The translations under genes were made by a program, and so were the position numbers. From Blastocystis sp. Blastoise (lineage: Eukaryota; Protista; Bigyra: Opalinata), in contig JBBPEB010000011.1 of the NCBI GenBank assembly GCA_039096225.1, positions 868,001 through 932,000 on the forward strand: 64,000 bases of DNA. Direction: 5' to 3'. Below, piece after piece: positions 18,976 through 61,800 of the stretch (its first letter is position 1; every line of letters begins with the position of its first letter). The notes under the pieces are model-generated. The model was not told the origin of the DNA and did not search any database. It was given only the letters and a program-made list of their open reading frames with translations.

Positions 18976-20327
18976 TTATTTAAATTTAATAAATTCAACA
19001 TCTGTCATTTCTTCGATTTCTGCATTTGTATCAATATATTGAATATATCTATACAAAACATAATTATAAGAATAATGAGTCAGAAAATATAGAGAAATAT
19101 AGGGTATATTTATGTGTTATGTAATAATATATATAATAATGTAATAATGTAATATAACAGTGTAATAATATATATAATAATTTAATAATGTAATAATATA
19201 TATAATAATATAATAATGTAATAATATATATAAAAATAGAATAGTGTATATATATTGTATAGCTCCTACAACAGATGTCGATCTCAACTCCATAGGAGGA
19301 GTATTAATACTAATCTCCTTCTTCTGAGATAAAGAGTAGAAAGCGTCAAAACTAGGAGAATATAGAGAATATAGAGTATATAGAGAATATAGAGAATATA
19401 GAGAATATGTGATAAAACAGATTTAACAAAGATAATTATAATTTGTATAATAAATATATATATATATATATACGCTTTTCTGCCTCCTAATCCCAAAGAT
19501 ATAATATTACGATAGGGAAATATACAGCTATATATATTATATAAATAAATTCAATAGAATTTAAATTTTCTTTTAAATAATTTAATATAAAAAAAAATTA
19601 AATATATATAATAATAATAATGATTAATATATATATACCTTAAAGCAAGTCCAGAAGGAATAGTAACAAGATGCATATTATTTTGTTCGGATAAAATAGC
19701 TATATCTTCTTCTTTACTAACAATAAAACCAACACTCCATCGTAATAACTCTATAATAATAATAAATATAGAACAATAAATAAATAATAAAAACTATATT
19801 GTCATTAAAAATTATCATTAATATAACTTACTTTGATTTTGAGTACCACGAGGATCATCGTAATAAATATATATACTTTTTGTAGGAATAAAAGAATCAC
19901 CAATATACTATAGAAATCATCTTATAAAAAACTATACATATTTTTTTTTCTTTAAAAAATAAAATTCATCAAGAATACAACAATAAATCTAAATTAAAAA
20001 ATATATTTATTTACAGTTTTTGCTTCATCTAATAATTTGTGATATGCAGAATCAATATTTCTATATGGGCCTTGACAGTTGACAAAACTATATAATCATA
20101 TATATAATAAGAAATATATATTTATACGCGATTGTCATGGGTTCTTGTTCAACTGTATCAACTGGAAGTGAGGTAAATAAATTAAAGAATACTAAAACTG
20201 TTTTCTATTAAATAAATATATTTATTAAGTATAAAGAAGGATATGAAAAGACTCCCATATAACAGAAGAAAATCAAAACCAAAATAATGACAGCTGAAAC
20301 TAATGCCCATAATAAAATATCTTCCAT
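18976..20327 (-). CDS. TEX264-like protein (N-terminal TM plus GyrI-like domain); last junction uncertain
   Basis: MEDILLWALVSAVIILVLIFFCYMGVFS|SLPV...QGPY...YIYYDDP...LRWSVG...IFPYRNIISL...PPME follows the TEX264/GyrI-like pattern; requires an AT-AC first intron. Confidence 0.75.
20173..20244 (-). other. U12-type AT-AC intron (72 nt)
   Basis: 5' ATATCCTTCT, branch-like TTCTTTAAT about 10 nt before terminal AC; removal deletes in-frame TAA TAG and restores YMGVFSSLPV. Confidence 0.85.
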
Positions 20328-20894
20328 TTGCTACTCTTTCAAATCTAAGCAAGAATATTTGAATATACACATACAAAAATACTTTATATAAATAAAATCC
20401 TTGATTAAATCAATGAATAAAAATAAAGAATCATTCACCAAACAAATTGGTTTTTCGTTTTCATTTATATTCACGGTTATTCTTTTTTTATAACCCAATT
20501 TTTATTTCTTTCGCTAATTTCCCAGTTTTATTCATTTTATCTGTCTTCTATAAACGGATTCTTATTTTTCATTTTTCTTCCGTTTTTTTGTGTCAAATTT
20601 ACTGCTAAATACTATAGTTGTCTTTGTTTTAAATAAAATATTAGTAGTACTAAGCTATAAGGAACACTTTATTTAATTCATAATAGACATATTTCTACAC
20701 TTATGATCGACAGTTTTAAATGAACTTAAAACAGTAAAGGAGATAATATTAATTGATATGATAGATATATAAATAAGCAAAATAAGCATTTAAAAACAAA
20801 TAAAAATAGGCAATGATGAAATAAATTTTGTGAAAACACGTATAAAAAGATATATTTTGATAATAAAATAATGTAAATAAAAATATATGTATTA

Positions 20895-22634
20895 TTACTT
20901 AGTTGCAGCAAATTTTCCAGCAGAATATCCTGCTTGATAAAAAGCAAGTAATAATTGAGCAAGAGATTCTTGTTTTTCATCACCACTTTCAATCTTTTGA
21001 GCTACTTCACAAGCTTTATTAATCATTTCTTTATAAATAAATTATATATATATATATATTTATAGAATTAATTTTGAATTAAATAGATAAATATTTCTAT
21101 AATGTAAAGAAAAATATATAATATATACCTTCAAATTGAGATGGTTCTTCTACTTTTGGAATACTATCTTTATCTGTTTTATCTATATTCTTAATATGTT
21201 CTTTTGTTGTTTGTGAAGTATTTATAGATTGTTGTTTCGGTATTAATGGTGGTAATTGAATAGGATATTGAAGAGGAGAAGAAGTAGATGTATTTGTATG
21301 TATAGTAGGAATAATAGTATTAGAAGATGTTAATTGTATAGAAGGTTGAGGAATAGATGAAGGACACGTAGTAGAATTATAAGAAGGAGTTTTACTAGTT
21401 TTATTATTATGTTTCTTTGAATTATATTTCATAGTATAATCTTGTTGATAATCTAATTGATGTTGATGATGTTGATGATGATTCTCTTCATTTCTATGAT
21501 TATGATGACCATGAAGTTTTCTATTAGAAGAAGAAGAAGAAGAAGAAGAAGAAGAAGACGTACTATTATTACTACTATTATTACTACTATTATTACTACT
21601 AGAAGAAAGAATTGAATCTAAATCAGAATCTGATTCTGACATATAATAATATTTAGGTTCTTTATGATTATGATTATGATGATGATGATGTTTAGAATAA
21701 TTATGATGATGATTATGATGATTATTTTTATTATATTTCATCGAATATGAATTCATTTCTTTATTAATATTTCTATTTCTTCTTTCTATATTATTCTTCT
21801 TTTGTTTCTCTTCTATTTTTTCTTGATTTTGTTTATTAAGAATTCTAGAATGATGATGTATATGTGAATTATGTTTATAAAGAATTTGCTGTTGTTCTTT
21901 CGAATTCTCTTTGATATTCTGATTCGAAGAGGGTATATTTGATAATTCAGGATCTATATAAGTAGCTTGAGGAATAGGAGTGTAGGATGCATAATAATCA
22001 TTAGAATTAGTAGTTGTATTTGTAAGAGGAATTTGATTCGTTTTTGTAGTATATATATATGGATATGTATTATATGTTTGTTGAGGTATATTGATTGTAG
22101 CTGGATTTATAGAAGGATATAATGGATGATTTGATTGATCATGTTGAGGAATAGCCTGAGGTAATGATAAAGGTAACGTTTGAGGAATAGAAACAGGAAT
22201 TTGATTTGAATATTTTGGTGAATTATCTTTTTTAATTTCTTGTTCATGAAATAATGCTGATGCAGAATCAGGTAATGTATTTGTAGACATATAACAATTT
22301 GTATTCATAATTGGAGGAAGAGGTATATTTGTTTGAGATAAACGTAAAGAAAGAGATGGTAAATTTGTTGGTAAACCAAGTATAGGAGATGTATGTATAA
22401 ATTCAGGTATAGGAGGAGTAAGAGTTGTATTATTAGTATTAGTAGTATTAACATTAGTATTAACTTTATTGTTAACATTAGTATTAACTTTATTGTTAAC
22501 ATTAGTATTAACTTTATTGTTAACATTAGTATTAGCATTATTATTGTTAATATTAGTATTAGCATTATTATTGTTAATATTAGTATTAACTTTAGTTGGA
22601 ACGATAGGTGATTTATTACTATTCATATTAATAC

Positions 22635-22668
<34 letters not shown>

Positions 22669-23177
22669 TAGAGGTGATTGTAAAGGCTCTGTAGAAATAG
22701 ATTCCATCATATTTGAAGTATCTACTCGTTGATTAGACAAAGAAGAAGGCTTTTTTGTTTGATTTACAGAGAAACTCCTAAAATAATATATATAATTCAT
22801 ATTGAAAATAAAAATATTAAAGAATAATAAATTTATAAAAAAAATTAAAGTAATAATAATCATATATATGACATAATTAAAAACAATTACTTTGGAGTTG
22901 TTGGCTTATTAGACATTTCATGTTTATCTTTTATAGTATTTGATGTTCTTGATTTCTCTTCTTTCTCTTTATCGGCATTCTCATTGAAATCATCATCAAT
23001 ACTTGTAAGAACTTGAGTTTTAATAATAGTTGTGCTCTTATCATTTGATTTATTCAGTGTATGACCTTTAATGGATTTCTCAAATGCCTATAGATTTGAT
23101 ACCAAACAAAATGAACATACGTTAAGAATTGCATAATCATCCCAGTTACTATCACCTTGAAGGATTGGATAAGACAT
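20895..23177 (-). CDS. SMN: Survival motor neuron (SMN)-like protein with long low-complexity middle region and no recognisable Tudor domain
   Basis: N-terminus GDSNWDDYAILN|AFEKSI (Gemin2-binding WDD..L..A motif); C-terminus LAQLLLAFYQAGYSAGKF (YG box). Confidence 0.8.
22445..22600 (-). repeat. Coding tandem repeats (24-27 nt units; NTNVNNKV x3, NTNINNNNA x2)
   Basis: Repeated ttattgttaacattagtattaact on + strand. Confidence 0.85.
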
Positions 23178-23393
23178 TTTGATGTATGTACGAACTTGAA
23201 TATATTAAAAAGAGATACTTCTAGTCACAACAAGAACAAATTATTAACTGACTCTTGTAATCACGAAACTTCGTAAGATTTGAACTGAAAAATAATATTT
23301 TCATAGATTCTTTTTCTATTCCAATTTTTTTTGTTATATTAATCTTATTGCTGAATAATAAGCTCATTAAATTATATAACAACAACAATCAAG
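23178..23393. promoter_or_regulatory. Short divergent intergenic region (SMN / VPS13), putative bidirectional promoter
   Basis: Head-to-head ATGs about 216 bp apart. Confidence 0.4.
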
Positions 23394-46418
<23,025 letters not shown>

Positions 46419-47017
46419 ACATCATTTTCAATTCTTTTATACAAAAATTTTAAATATCTATATTATTTTCTTTTTTTTTTCTTTTTCTTGTAATTATTAT
46501 ATTTCAATTTTAATTTTCCATTTTAATATTCCTTTTCTATTTTATTTTTATTTTTATTTTTACATCAGAATAATTTATTTTTTATTATAACTAAACAAAA
46601 AATTAGTTGATTATTTATTTATCCTTTAGTTTTTTTCATATTGATTTTTTATTAATCGTATTTGAATCATTTACATAACTCTGATAAATCTATATATTTC
46701 GTGTCCCTTGATAATTGGATTCAAATGAAAATATTTTTTGTTATTTAGTCTTGATATTATATATGAACATGGAGACATTCATCACCCATATAAATAGATA
46801 AGACTCATCAGATATAAATTTAAAAAAGACTGTTTTAAAAAAAATGAAAACGATGGAATCAGTTAAAAAAGGAGAATCTTTCAGACAAATTCATCTAAAG
46901 AAATGAAGAAATCCCTGAACGAAAATATCGATTTTTATGTCTAAATGAGTTTCAGCTAAATGTGTTACATTATCTTTAATTCGCATTTTGTTACTCATTA
47001 TATGTTTTATAATTAAA

Positions 47018-49349
<2,332 letters not shown>

Positions 49350-49753
49350 TCATAAATATATTTGATTTCCTATTTAATAAAGATATATTTCATTGATTAT
49401 TCATTTTGTTAATACAGTATATTAATAAAATCCATTTGTTTTGTTTACTTAGTATATATTCAGATATAACATACAAAAAGATAATAAAACTTTTTTACAT
49501 ATAATACTATGCTATTAGAATAGCCTTTGTAGATTTATATGAAAATTATTAGTATTAATTTAGAAAAACACATTTATACATAACTGTTTCTTAAAGAATA
49601 ACAAAACAATAAATAGAAAAATGAAAATCGAAATAAAATAATAGACAAGAACAAACCAAAAATATATATATAGATATATAAGCAAATCTTAATAAATATG
49701 TATAATAATAATGTTTTTTAAATACTAGACAAAAAGTTATATATATATATATG

Positions 49754-53193
<3,440 letters not shown>

Positions 53194-54199
53194 TCTCTCT
53201 AATTCAAATAAATTAAAATAATCAATAAAATTGTTTCATTTTGAACTGAAGAACTGTCGATTCTCATGGATATCTTTTTAAATATAAAAGAAATTACTTT
53301 ATTTTAAAAATATTATGAAATATGATTAGTGATACTACTATAAATGAATAGAAATATATTTCTTATAGTTATTAAACTGTTTCTAAAAAAATATAAATAT
53401 GATCACAAAAAAGAATATAATAATTATCTTTATTCTCCAAAATTTTTGCTTTAAGTGTAATGTAGATTATATTATCATTCGGAAATACATATAAATTCAT
53501 TTGATATATACATTTCTGACAAAATGAACTCAGATCTTCTATAGTTACACTGCAGTTCATCTTTTAAATATGTTAGTAATAGTTCTATAACATTTATGCC
53601 TGTTAGTGATATATTCAGCGTACGAATGCTATAGAAACAGTACTGTTGCTAGATTTCATTGATTATTCTATTAGAAAAGATATTACCTGATTTTTTAAGC
53701 AACTGAATAAATTTTCTATATTGTAATATAGCATTTAGAGTCTAAGAACCATGATCAAATTCAGCTTCTTTTCTAAATCTGCATTAAAACGACAAATATA
53801 GCCATAAATTTTCACACTTCATTATTTTATTGCATAACGATTAGTTTTTCTACACAAATACAATCAAACAAAAGTCACTATAAACTATATTTGCATATAC
53901 TATTAGTTTAACTATATAATCAGATTGTAGACTAGTATCAAAATGAGATAATATACTCATTAGATCATTTCTATAATATTTCAAAGATAAAATGAATAAA
54001 AACAATAGAAAGTTATTACCAAGATAATCAACATTATCATCAGTAGAAAAAAGAAAAAAAACATAAATACAAAAAACGAAAAAACAAATGGAATTTAATT
54101 GACTTTCACGGAACATTTTGATGTTTCCCACGAAAATGAGATTTTATATACCATTTATTTATTTTTGAGAAGACTAGCTTTAACTGAGTAAGACTACCA

Positions 54200-54778
54200 A
54201 TGGAAGAGGCACAACTATCTCAATACTATGATTCTCTTTTAACTACAGCACCAAGAGGTGGACATGGAGGACTTGGTTTAGAATTCAGAACAAATTTACC
54301 TAAAGATCTTAAATCTCAGAATATTCCCGTTAATAATGGACTACCAGATAATGGTATTTTTTTCTTCATTATTTGTTTCTTTTTATAATATTTTATTATG
54401 TCATTATTCTCTCATATATGATTTCTTTGATTTTTAATTCTTCTTTTGTAAATATATGAAAGAACTATCACCATTTTTTTTTTCTTTTACTTATTTTTAT
54501 TTTTAATAGCCTTATATCGTCGTTTTGTAAAAGCTGGGTCTTCCAATTATAAGAAATTTGGTACTAATGGACTTGAAATATCTTCAAATCCTTTTGATGT
54601 TCATAAAACTGAAGTAACTTGTAATGAACTTTCAGATAAACAAGAAGAAGATGATGAAAAGAAACATAAGAAACATCATCATCATCATAAAGATAAGAAA
54701 GATAAGAAAGACAAACATAAGAAAGAAAGTAAACACAAGAAAGAAAAGAAAGAAAAAAAACATAAACATGAACATTAA
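54200..54778 (+). CDS. Small Lys/His-rich protein (2 exons), possibly nucleolar GPATCH4/Tma23-like
   Basis: RGGHGGLG and LYRRFVKAG motifs followed by a KKHKK/KDKK-rich tail; phase-1 GT-AG intron; family assignment is weak. Confidence 0.65.
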
Positions 54779-55168
54779 TCAAGTTAATGTTTTCTTTTCG
54801 TATTTAATTTTTTTATTTATTTTATTAATATTTTTTATTTTCTGTATTGTTCAAAATGCTTAGTTATTTGTTTTTTTTATTTTGATGTTTTCGTTTGATA
54901 TATATTATGTAAATATGATTTTCATTTTTTGTTCTATATTTTATGTTTTTTATAATCTTATTATTTCGTATACAAATAAATGTAAGCGTCAAATAGATTA
55001 TGAACTCTAGCATTTACTTAAATAATTAAGAACTATCATTTAAAGAATTTCATTTTTATGTTTTTGACTGGGGTTTCTCTGTTTCTCCCCTTTAAAAATG
55101 TACATGTTTCTGAACCATTATTTTTGTTTTATTGTTCTTTCTCAGTGTATTAACTATTCTTTAGAATA

Positions 55169-56045
55169 ATGAGATTTTTATTAGGTTTATTCCTTGTATC
55201 CTATCTGGTTCTTGCTATGGAACCTGAGTTCTATGGTGTTTCTTATGAAGATAACAAATATGTATATCACAAAGGTTATAACAAAGGTGATGTTGCTCAA
55301 GCTAAGTTTGTTGAAGCCATTAATGCAACAGGTATGTGTGTTTTTTTATCTTTTTACGTTTTGTTAATCATTAAAAATTTGTTTATTTTCTTGTGGATAG
55401 TTTTAGATTATATCTACAATTCATTTTATAGGCTGGAATTTTTTGTCAATCGAAACTTTTTCTCAATTTTCAAACGAGGTTCAATCTTATGCTGCTGGTT
55501 ATATAGAGGGTGCTGCTACATACAAACAAATTTATCTTAATATTAAAAATCGATATGGAGGACCTGAATGTCCAGAACATATCCAAAAGATATTAGATTC
55601 TAATCGTAAATGGGAAGAAGAAATGATTGCAAAATCGTCTTCAGACAAGAATTATTGGGAACATAGACAGTTACTTGATCTTCAAATTCAAGCAATGTAC
55701 GATGGTTATATGGCTGTAGCTCCTCAAGAATATGTATATATATTTATTATTTTTTTTTTATATTATTATTTATTTTTTTTATTTGTTTTAAATGTTATTA
55801 TCTATATATTTATATTTATAGAAGAATATTTCCTTATGGCAAATTCAATATATTAATTATGATGGAGACGTTGGTGATTGGTGGGGTATTCAAGATGAAT
55901 CAAGAAAAGAAGGTAAATATGTAGATATATATGTTTATTATATATATATTATGTTTATTATGTCTCTTTTCCTGTATATATATAGAGTTCCCGGATCATT
56001 GTTCTGCTCTTATCACACTTTCCGATACATTTGACGGTAATATAT

Positions 56046-56089
<44 letters not shown>

Positions 56090-56514
56090 TATGTTTTTAT
56101 TTCTACAATGAATATTTTTTAAAGATACTGTTTTTATTAATACATAATAATCGCGGTTATTTCTAGATATTATGATGTCTCAAGTTACTTGGAGTGCCTT
56201 AGAGACCATGTACCGTATGTATAAGCAATATAAAATGCCTTTAACATTCAATAACCACGGGAAGATGTATGTATTTTATTTATTTATATATATATTTATT
56301 TATTTATTTATTTATTTATTTAGAGATAATATATATATATGTTATTTTTCTTATTTTTGTTTGTAGTACAATTATTCCTGGTTATTTACAAGTAATGTCA
56401 ACTTATCCTGCTCGTATTAGTAGCGGTGACGACTTTTATTATACTTCTGCCAAATTAGGTATTCAAGAAACAACTATTGGTATATATATATATATAGTTA
56501 TGTAGTTTATTATA

Positions 56515-56545
<31 letters not shown>

Positions 56546-56668
56546 TCAATCTGATTCCCACGATTATTTAGGTGTTTTTAATGATGATTTAAAGAAGTAT
56601 ATAACTCCACAAGTCGTGATGCAATGGGCTCGTAATATGATCGCTAATAGACTTGCTAAGTATATATA

Positions 56669-56734
<66 letters not shown>

Positions 56735-57029
56735 TATTATTATTATTATATAATACTTCAAAGGAATGGATAGATCTCTATAAACAGTATAATTCGGGTA
56801 CTTATAATAACCAGTGGATGGTTATAGATTATAAGAACATCAAAGAAGGGGAACCCCTACCTAAAGATACTTTCTGGCTCCTCGAACAAATACCTGGATA
56901 TACCGAGCAAGCAGATCTTACTGAATATTTAAATAAATACAAGTTCTTCCCTTCCTATAATATTCCTTATTTTAAAAATATATATAATATAACAGGATAT
57001 CCTGCTAAAGTCGCTCAATATATATCCTT

Positions 57030-57068
<39 letters not shown>

Positions 57069-57659
57069 TTAATATATATATATATATGTTATTCTTAATA
57101 CAATCACGGAGATTATTATAGTTATGAGAATACATCACGTGCTAAGATCTTTGCACGTGACGCTCCCTCCGTTCATTCGTTAAAGGATATGCGTCATATG
57201 ATGATGTATAACGACTATACACGTGATGAATTTAGCGTCTGTGGCGGTAATCCTGGTTATTCTGCATCTTTGGCCATTTCCTGTAGAGGTGACCTCAATG
57301 ATCCTAATGGTATATATATATATATATATATATATTAATAATAATTATTATATTATAATAATATCTCAGATAATAATATTAATAATAATAATAATAATAA
57401 TATATATATAGGTACATATCCCCTTAAGGGTATGGGATGGGGAAATCATGTAAATACCGATGGAAAAATCATCTCTAAACAATTATTTGAGAAGCAATAT
57501 GCTTCACAAATAATATCTGGCCCTACCCATCAAGGTCTTCCTCCCTTCCAATGGTCGACATCTCTATTTAAAGACCTACCTCACGAAGGACTTCCAGATA
57601 TCTTCAATTTCCCATGGGTAGAAATCAATTGGGATACCATGACTTGGGAAGAATTATAA
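55169..57659 (+). CDS. Phospholipase B-like protein (PLBD, Ntn hydrolase), with signal peptide
   Basis: HCSALI nucleophile, SSGDDFY, QETT, YNSGTYNNQWMVIDY, LEQIPG, SYNIPYF, RAKIFARD, RGDLN, SGPTHQGLPPFQW. Confidence 0.95.
57022..57107 (+). other. U12-type AT-AC intron (86 nt)
   Basis: 5' ATATCCTTTT, branch-like TTCTTAAT at 57092-57099, terminal CAC; removal gives AQY|GDYYSYENTSRAKIFARD. Confidence 0.9.
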
Positions 57660-58863
57660 TATATATAATATATATATATAATATATATAACATAGATTTT
57701 ATATTCAATTCTGTTTAAACAAGTATATTTCGATATATATATATATAATTCTTGTTTAGTTATAATAATGAATATCAATAATAAATATATATAACAATTT
57801 TATCATAATCAAGATTGTTTATACACCTCTATATATGTTATAATAGTATATAAACAGATTTATATGATATGTTTTAAGCGTGTCTTTCATATGTCAAAAG
57901 ATATGTTCACCTTCTCTAAGAGAAATTTTAGTTATATATAAAACATACGTAAAAATTATGTATAATATAATAATGTGCTTTTAAAAATAAACAAAAGAAC
58001 AAAACAAATTTATTTTACAAAAAAGGAAGTTGAAAATAATATTATTCTAAAAATCCTAATAAATAGCAGCGATATATAGAATTATAGAAATAATAAAATT
58101 AACATATATACCTAGAATTCAAAATCTATTATTATAATAGTAGAAAAAAAGAAAAGGAGAGAAAAATAGTATGAAATATACACTTGATTTACATAGAACA
58201 AATATAAATATGTTATGAACAAAAATGAACAATTATGTAAATATAACAAAAATATAAGATATTTATTTCTATTCCAAAAAACTTCATATACTAAATAAAG
58301 CGAATATAATAAATATCAATATACCAATATATATATATATATATATATATATAAGATCAATATTATAGTCAACTTGTCTATATATATAAAACAAAAATAG
58401 TAAAAGAAAAGAAATAAAATGAAATGAAATGATATAATAAGACGAGAAGAAATAACAAAATATGTGAAAGAAACAAAAAACAAAAAACAAAATAAATAGA
58501 AAGAAAATAATGAATGAAAAAAATACAAAAAAAGTATATATATAAAATAGAATACTTTAATACAAATGAATATACTATTTATATAAAAAGTGAAAATATA
58601 AACAAGTATATATATATATAGAGTGAATGATATACTTATAGAATAGGAACAAAAAAAGCATGTCAACTACATTTGAATGAATAATGAATACTCAATTCAA
58701 TTCAAACTATTTACTTATATATATTATATTTAAGGAAAAAAAAATGAATAATATATGTTTTAGAAAAATATATAGTTTATAAAAAATATATATATATATA
58801 AGAAAGATTGATAACTTCACAACGATATATAAATAATACTATTATATATATAAATAATAGTAT

Positions 58864-61800
58864 TTACTCAATAAGTGGAATCATTTCTGTGTTTTTATTG
58901 AGAGTAAGAGAGGGATTATAGGCGGCATCATAGGCGGTATTATAGGAGGGATTGAGTGATGTGGAAACTCTCTTTCGATAATAGTATTTCCTTCTCTTTT
59001 TAAGAATATAATATAAAGATATAGATATAAATAGACTAATGATTAAAGAAAGGATAATACCCGATATTATGAATATATAATAAGATAATGTATTTAAATG
59101 TATTTCTTTGGCCTTATCAAACAGAATTGAAATAGTACTAATAGATCGAATATCTTTATTATAATTATTTTTAATATTTGAATATAATTCAGTTGAAATA
59201 CTATTATTATATATTAAATAGTTTTCAAGAAAAGTAGAATCAAAAGAAGAACTTAATATATATACATATAAATATGAAGAATTTGTTATAGTCTTATTCG
59301 ATAAAACTTGAATACTATTATTAGTTATATATTTATTATTATTAGTAATATTAATATTATTATTAGTTATATTAATATTATTATACTTATTATTAATTAT
59401 ATCCATATAATTAATAAGAAAAGAAAGATTTTCTATTGTTTTTATTTGTCCCTGTGTATTAGAGAATACATATAAATTGGATATTATTATTCCTAAAGAA
59501 GAAAGAGAAGTATAAAATGTATTCCAAATAACTCCTTGAAGAATAGGAGACTCTAAGGACAATGTACTAGGTACATCAGTTAACTATATATATAGATATA
59601 TATATAGTGTTAAACAAAAATATACTTAATAAATATATATATTAATATAAATAAAAACATTAAGATCAATAAAATATATATATATATATATATATATAAA
59701 CAAAAATAATAAAAATTGATAAAGTATTTTACTTTAAACATGAAATATTATTTATTGAATATATATAAAAATAATAATAAATATATATATATACTTTTAT
59801 GGGTATAATCACTTTATAAGAATTAAATATCCATTGATGAAGAAGATCTTGAATTGTGTTTTGACTATAGCACGTGCGTTTTTCAATGTCTCCCCATGAA
59901 ACACTATTATTTCCATTAGATATACATTGTCTGAATTGAAATCCATTCGAATTATTGTCACATGGCAAATAGAACACAGTTAACTCAGAACTAAATAGCC
60001 ATTGTCCATCTGTAGCACAAAATAGTATTTCACATTCTAAACGGAATTCAACCGACATTTTTCCTGCAGCATTGGATACTGTCATTATATACATATAATC
60101 TAATGCTTCTTCTGGGATTCCCGTGATTATTCCGGTGATATTATTCATAGTTAATCCTTTTGGTAATAGTTTAGAGAGTGTGATATTATAAGTATCTCCT
60201 GATTGTATTATAGGTACAATAGGAGTTATAATATGTTGATAATATATATGGAAATGAGTAGAAGAAAGAGTAAGGACAGGAGGGAGTAATGTACAAGTAT
60301 CATTAATAGGTTCCCAATAAGGATTAATAAGAATATTACAATATCGACTACGACTACCACTATAATACTTCTTTATACAAGGTAATGTAATGGAATGATA
60401 TATATATGTAGAAGGCCAATCAGAGTCTTCTGTACATAAAGGAGTTTCTATATGAATAATAAAAGAAGTAGGTATTACTGTAGATTCTGTTTTAATAGCA
60501 ACACTTATAAAAAACTGTCCAGGTGTATTAATAGTCCCAGAAATAGATCCAGTTGTTTTATCAAAAGAAAGACTTGAAGGAATAATAGGAGCTTCAAGAG
60601 ATTCAATACCACGACCATATATAGAAGGATTAATAACAGCTATAGGAAAAGATGCATATCCATAAGCAGCAGAAGGATAGATAATAGAGGGAAGTATTTG
60701 TGTACAATTTGTAGAGAGAATTCGTATTTGATAACTATTATTACTTATTTCTTGACATTGAATACTAATTGTACCTTCAAGATCAAAAGGTAATCCACAA
60801 GAAATAGTAGCATAATATCCTACAGGAAGAGCAGGAAAAGTATCTGAAGCAGGACAATTAACATGTTCATAACTATTAATAGAAAACATAGCATAATTCT
60901 TCCCACGTGAATTATATCCAATAACAGTATACACTTGAGAATATTGTTCTGTAATAACTCCTGTAATAACTCCTGTTGAATTATCAAAGACAAGTGTTGA
61001 AGGAAGAGAAGGAGAAATTGAATAAAAAGCTATTACAGAGTTATTTATGATAGGAATAATTGTAAGAGAAGTATAAAGAGATATAGATGAAACTGAAGTA
61101 TATGTAAATGAAGGTAAAGTTAATGAGCAATCAATAATAGGATATTCCCATTGTCCTTCTTCATTCACATATGAACACTTTCTACTAATACTACCTGTAA
61201 AATAATTTGGACATTGAAGAACTTGTGTATTTCCAATAGTATCATTCCATTCACCTTGAGTAGGACAATATATAGCTTCTACAATAAAATGAAGAGATAA
61301 TATCACAGCTGAAGCACTATTTGCATAAGAAAATAAATTATAGGAACTAGATACAGTAGTAGGAGTACCACTAATAATACCTGTATCATTATTAATACTT
61401 AATCCTTCTGGTAATATACTTAAAGAAGAGAAACGACAGAAGCACCCAACAGCTGTAGGTATTAATGGTTCCATAGGAACATTTATATATAGATATACTG
61501 TTGTCATTGGGTAATAAAATGAACTTGGAGGAGAAACAGAACATTTATTAAATTCTACTCCATATTCTCCTGTAGGTAAACATTGTCTATATTTATAATT
61601 ATAATAACAACCTGTACAAGGAACATAATTAAATTCATTATATAAAGAAATACCATAATCTCCTAAGGTATGACAAATATTATTAGGATATTGACTACTT
61701 ACTATATTCCATTCAGATATACGTATAGTATTTGCATAACATAAATCAGTAGAAGTAGCATCTGAACATGATATTATAGAAAGTTGATAAGCAATATAAG

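Noticed and set aside
20200-20210. In-frame TAA TAG in the TEX264-like gene suggesting stop-codon reassignment
   Set aside because: Explained by the AT-AC intron; long exons elsewhere have no in-frame stops and TAA ends genes normally.
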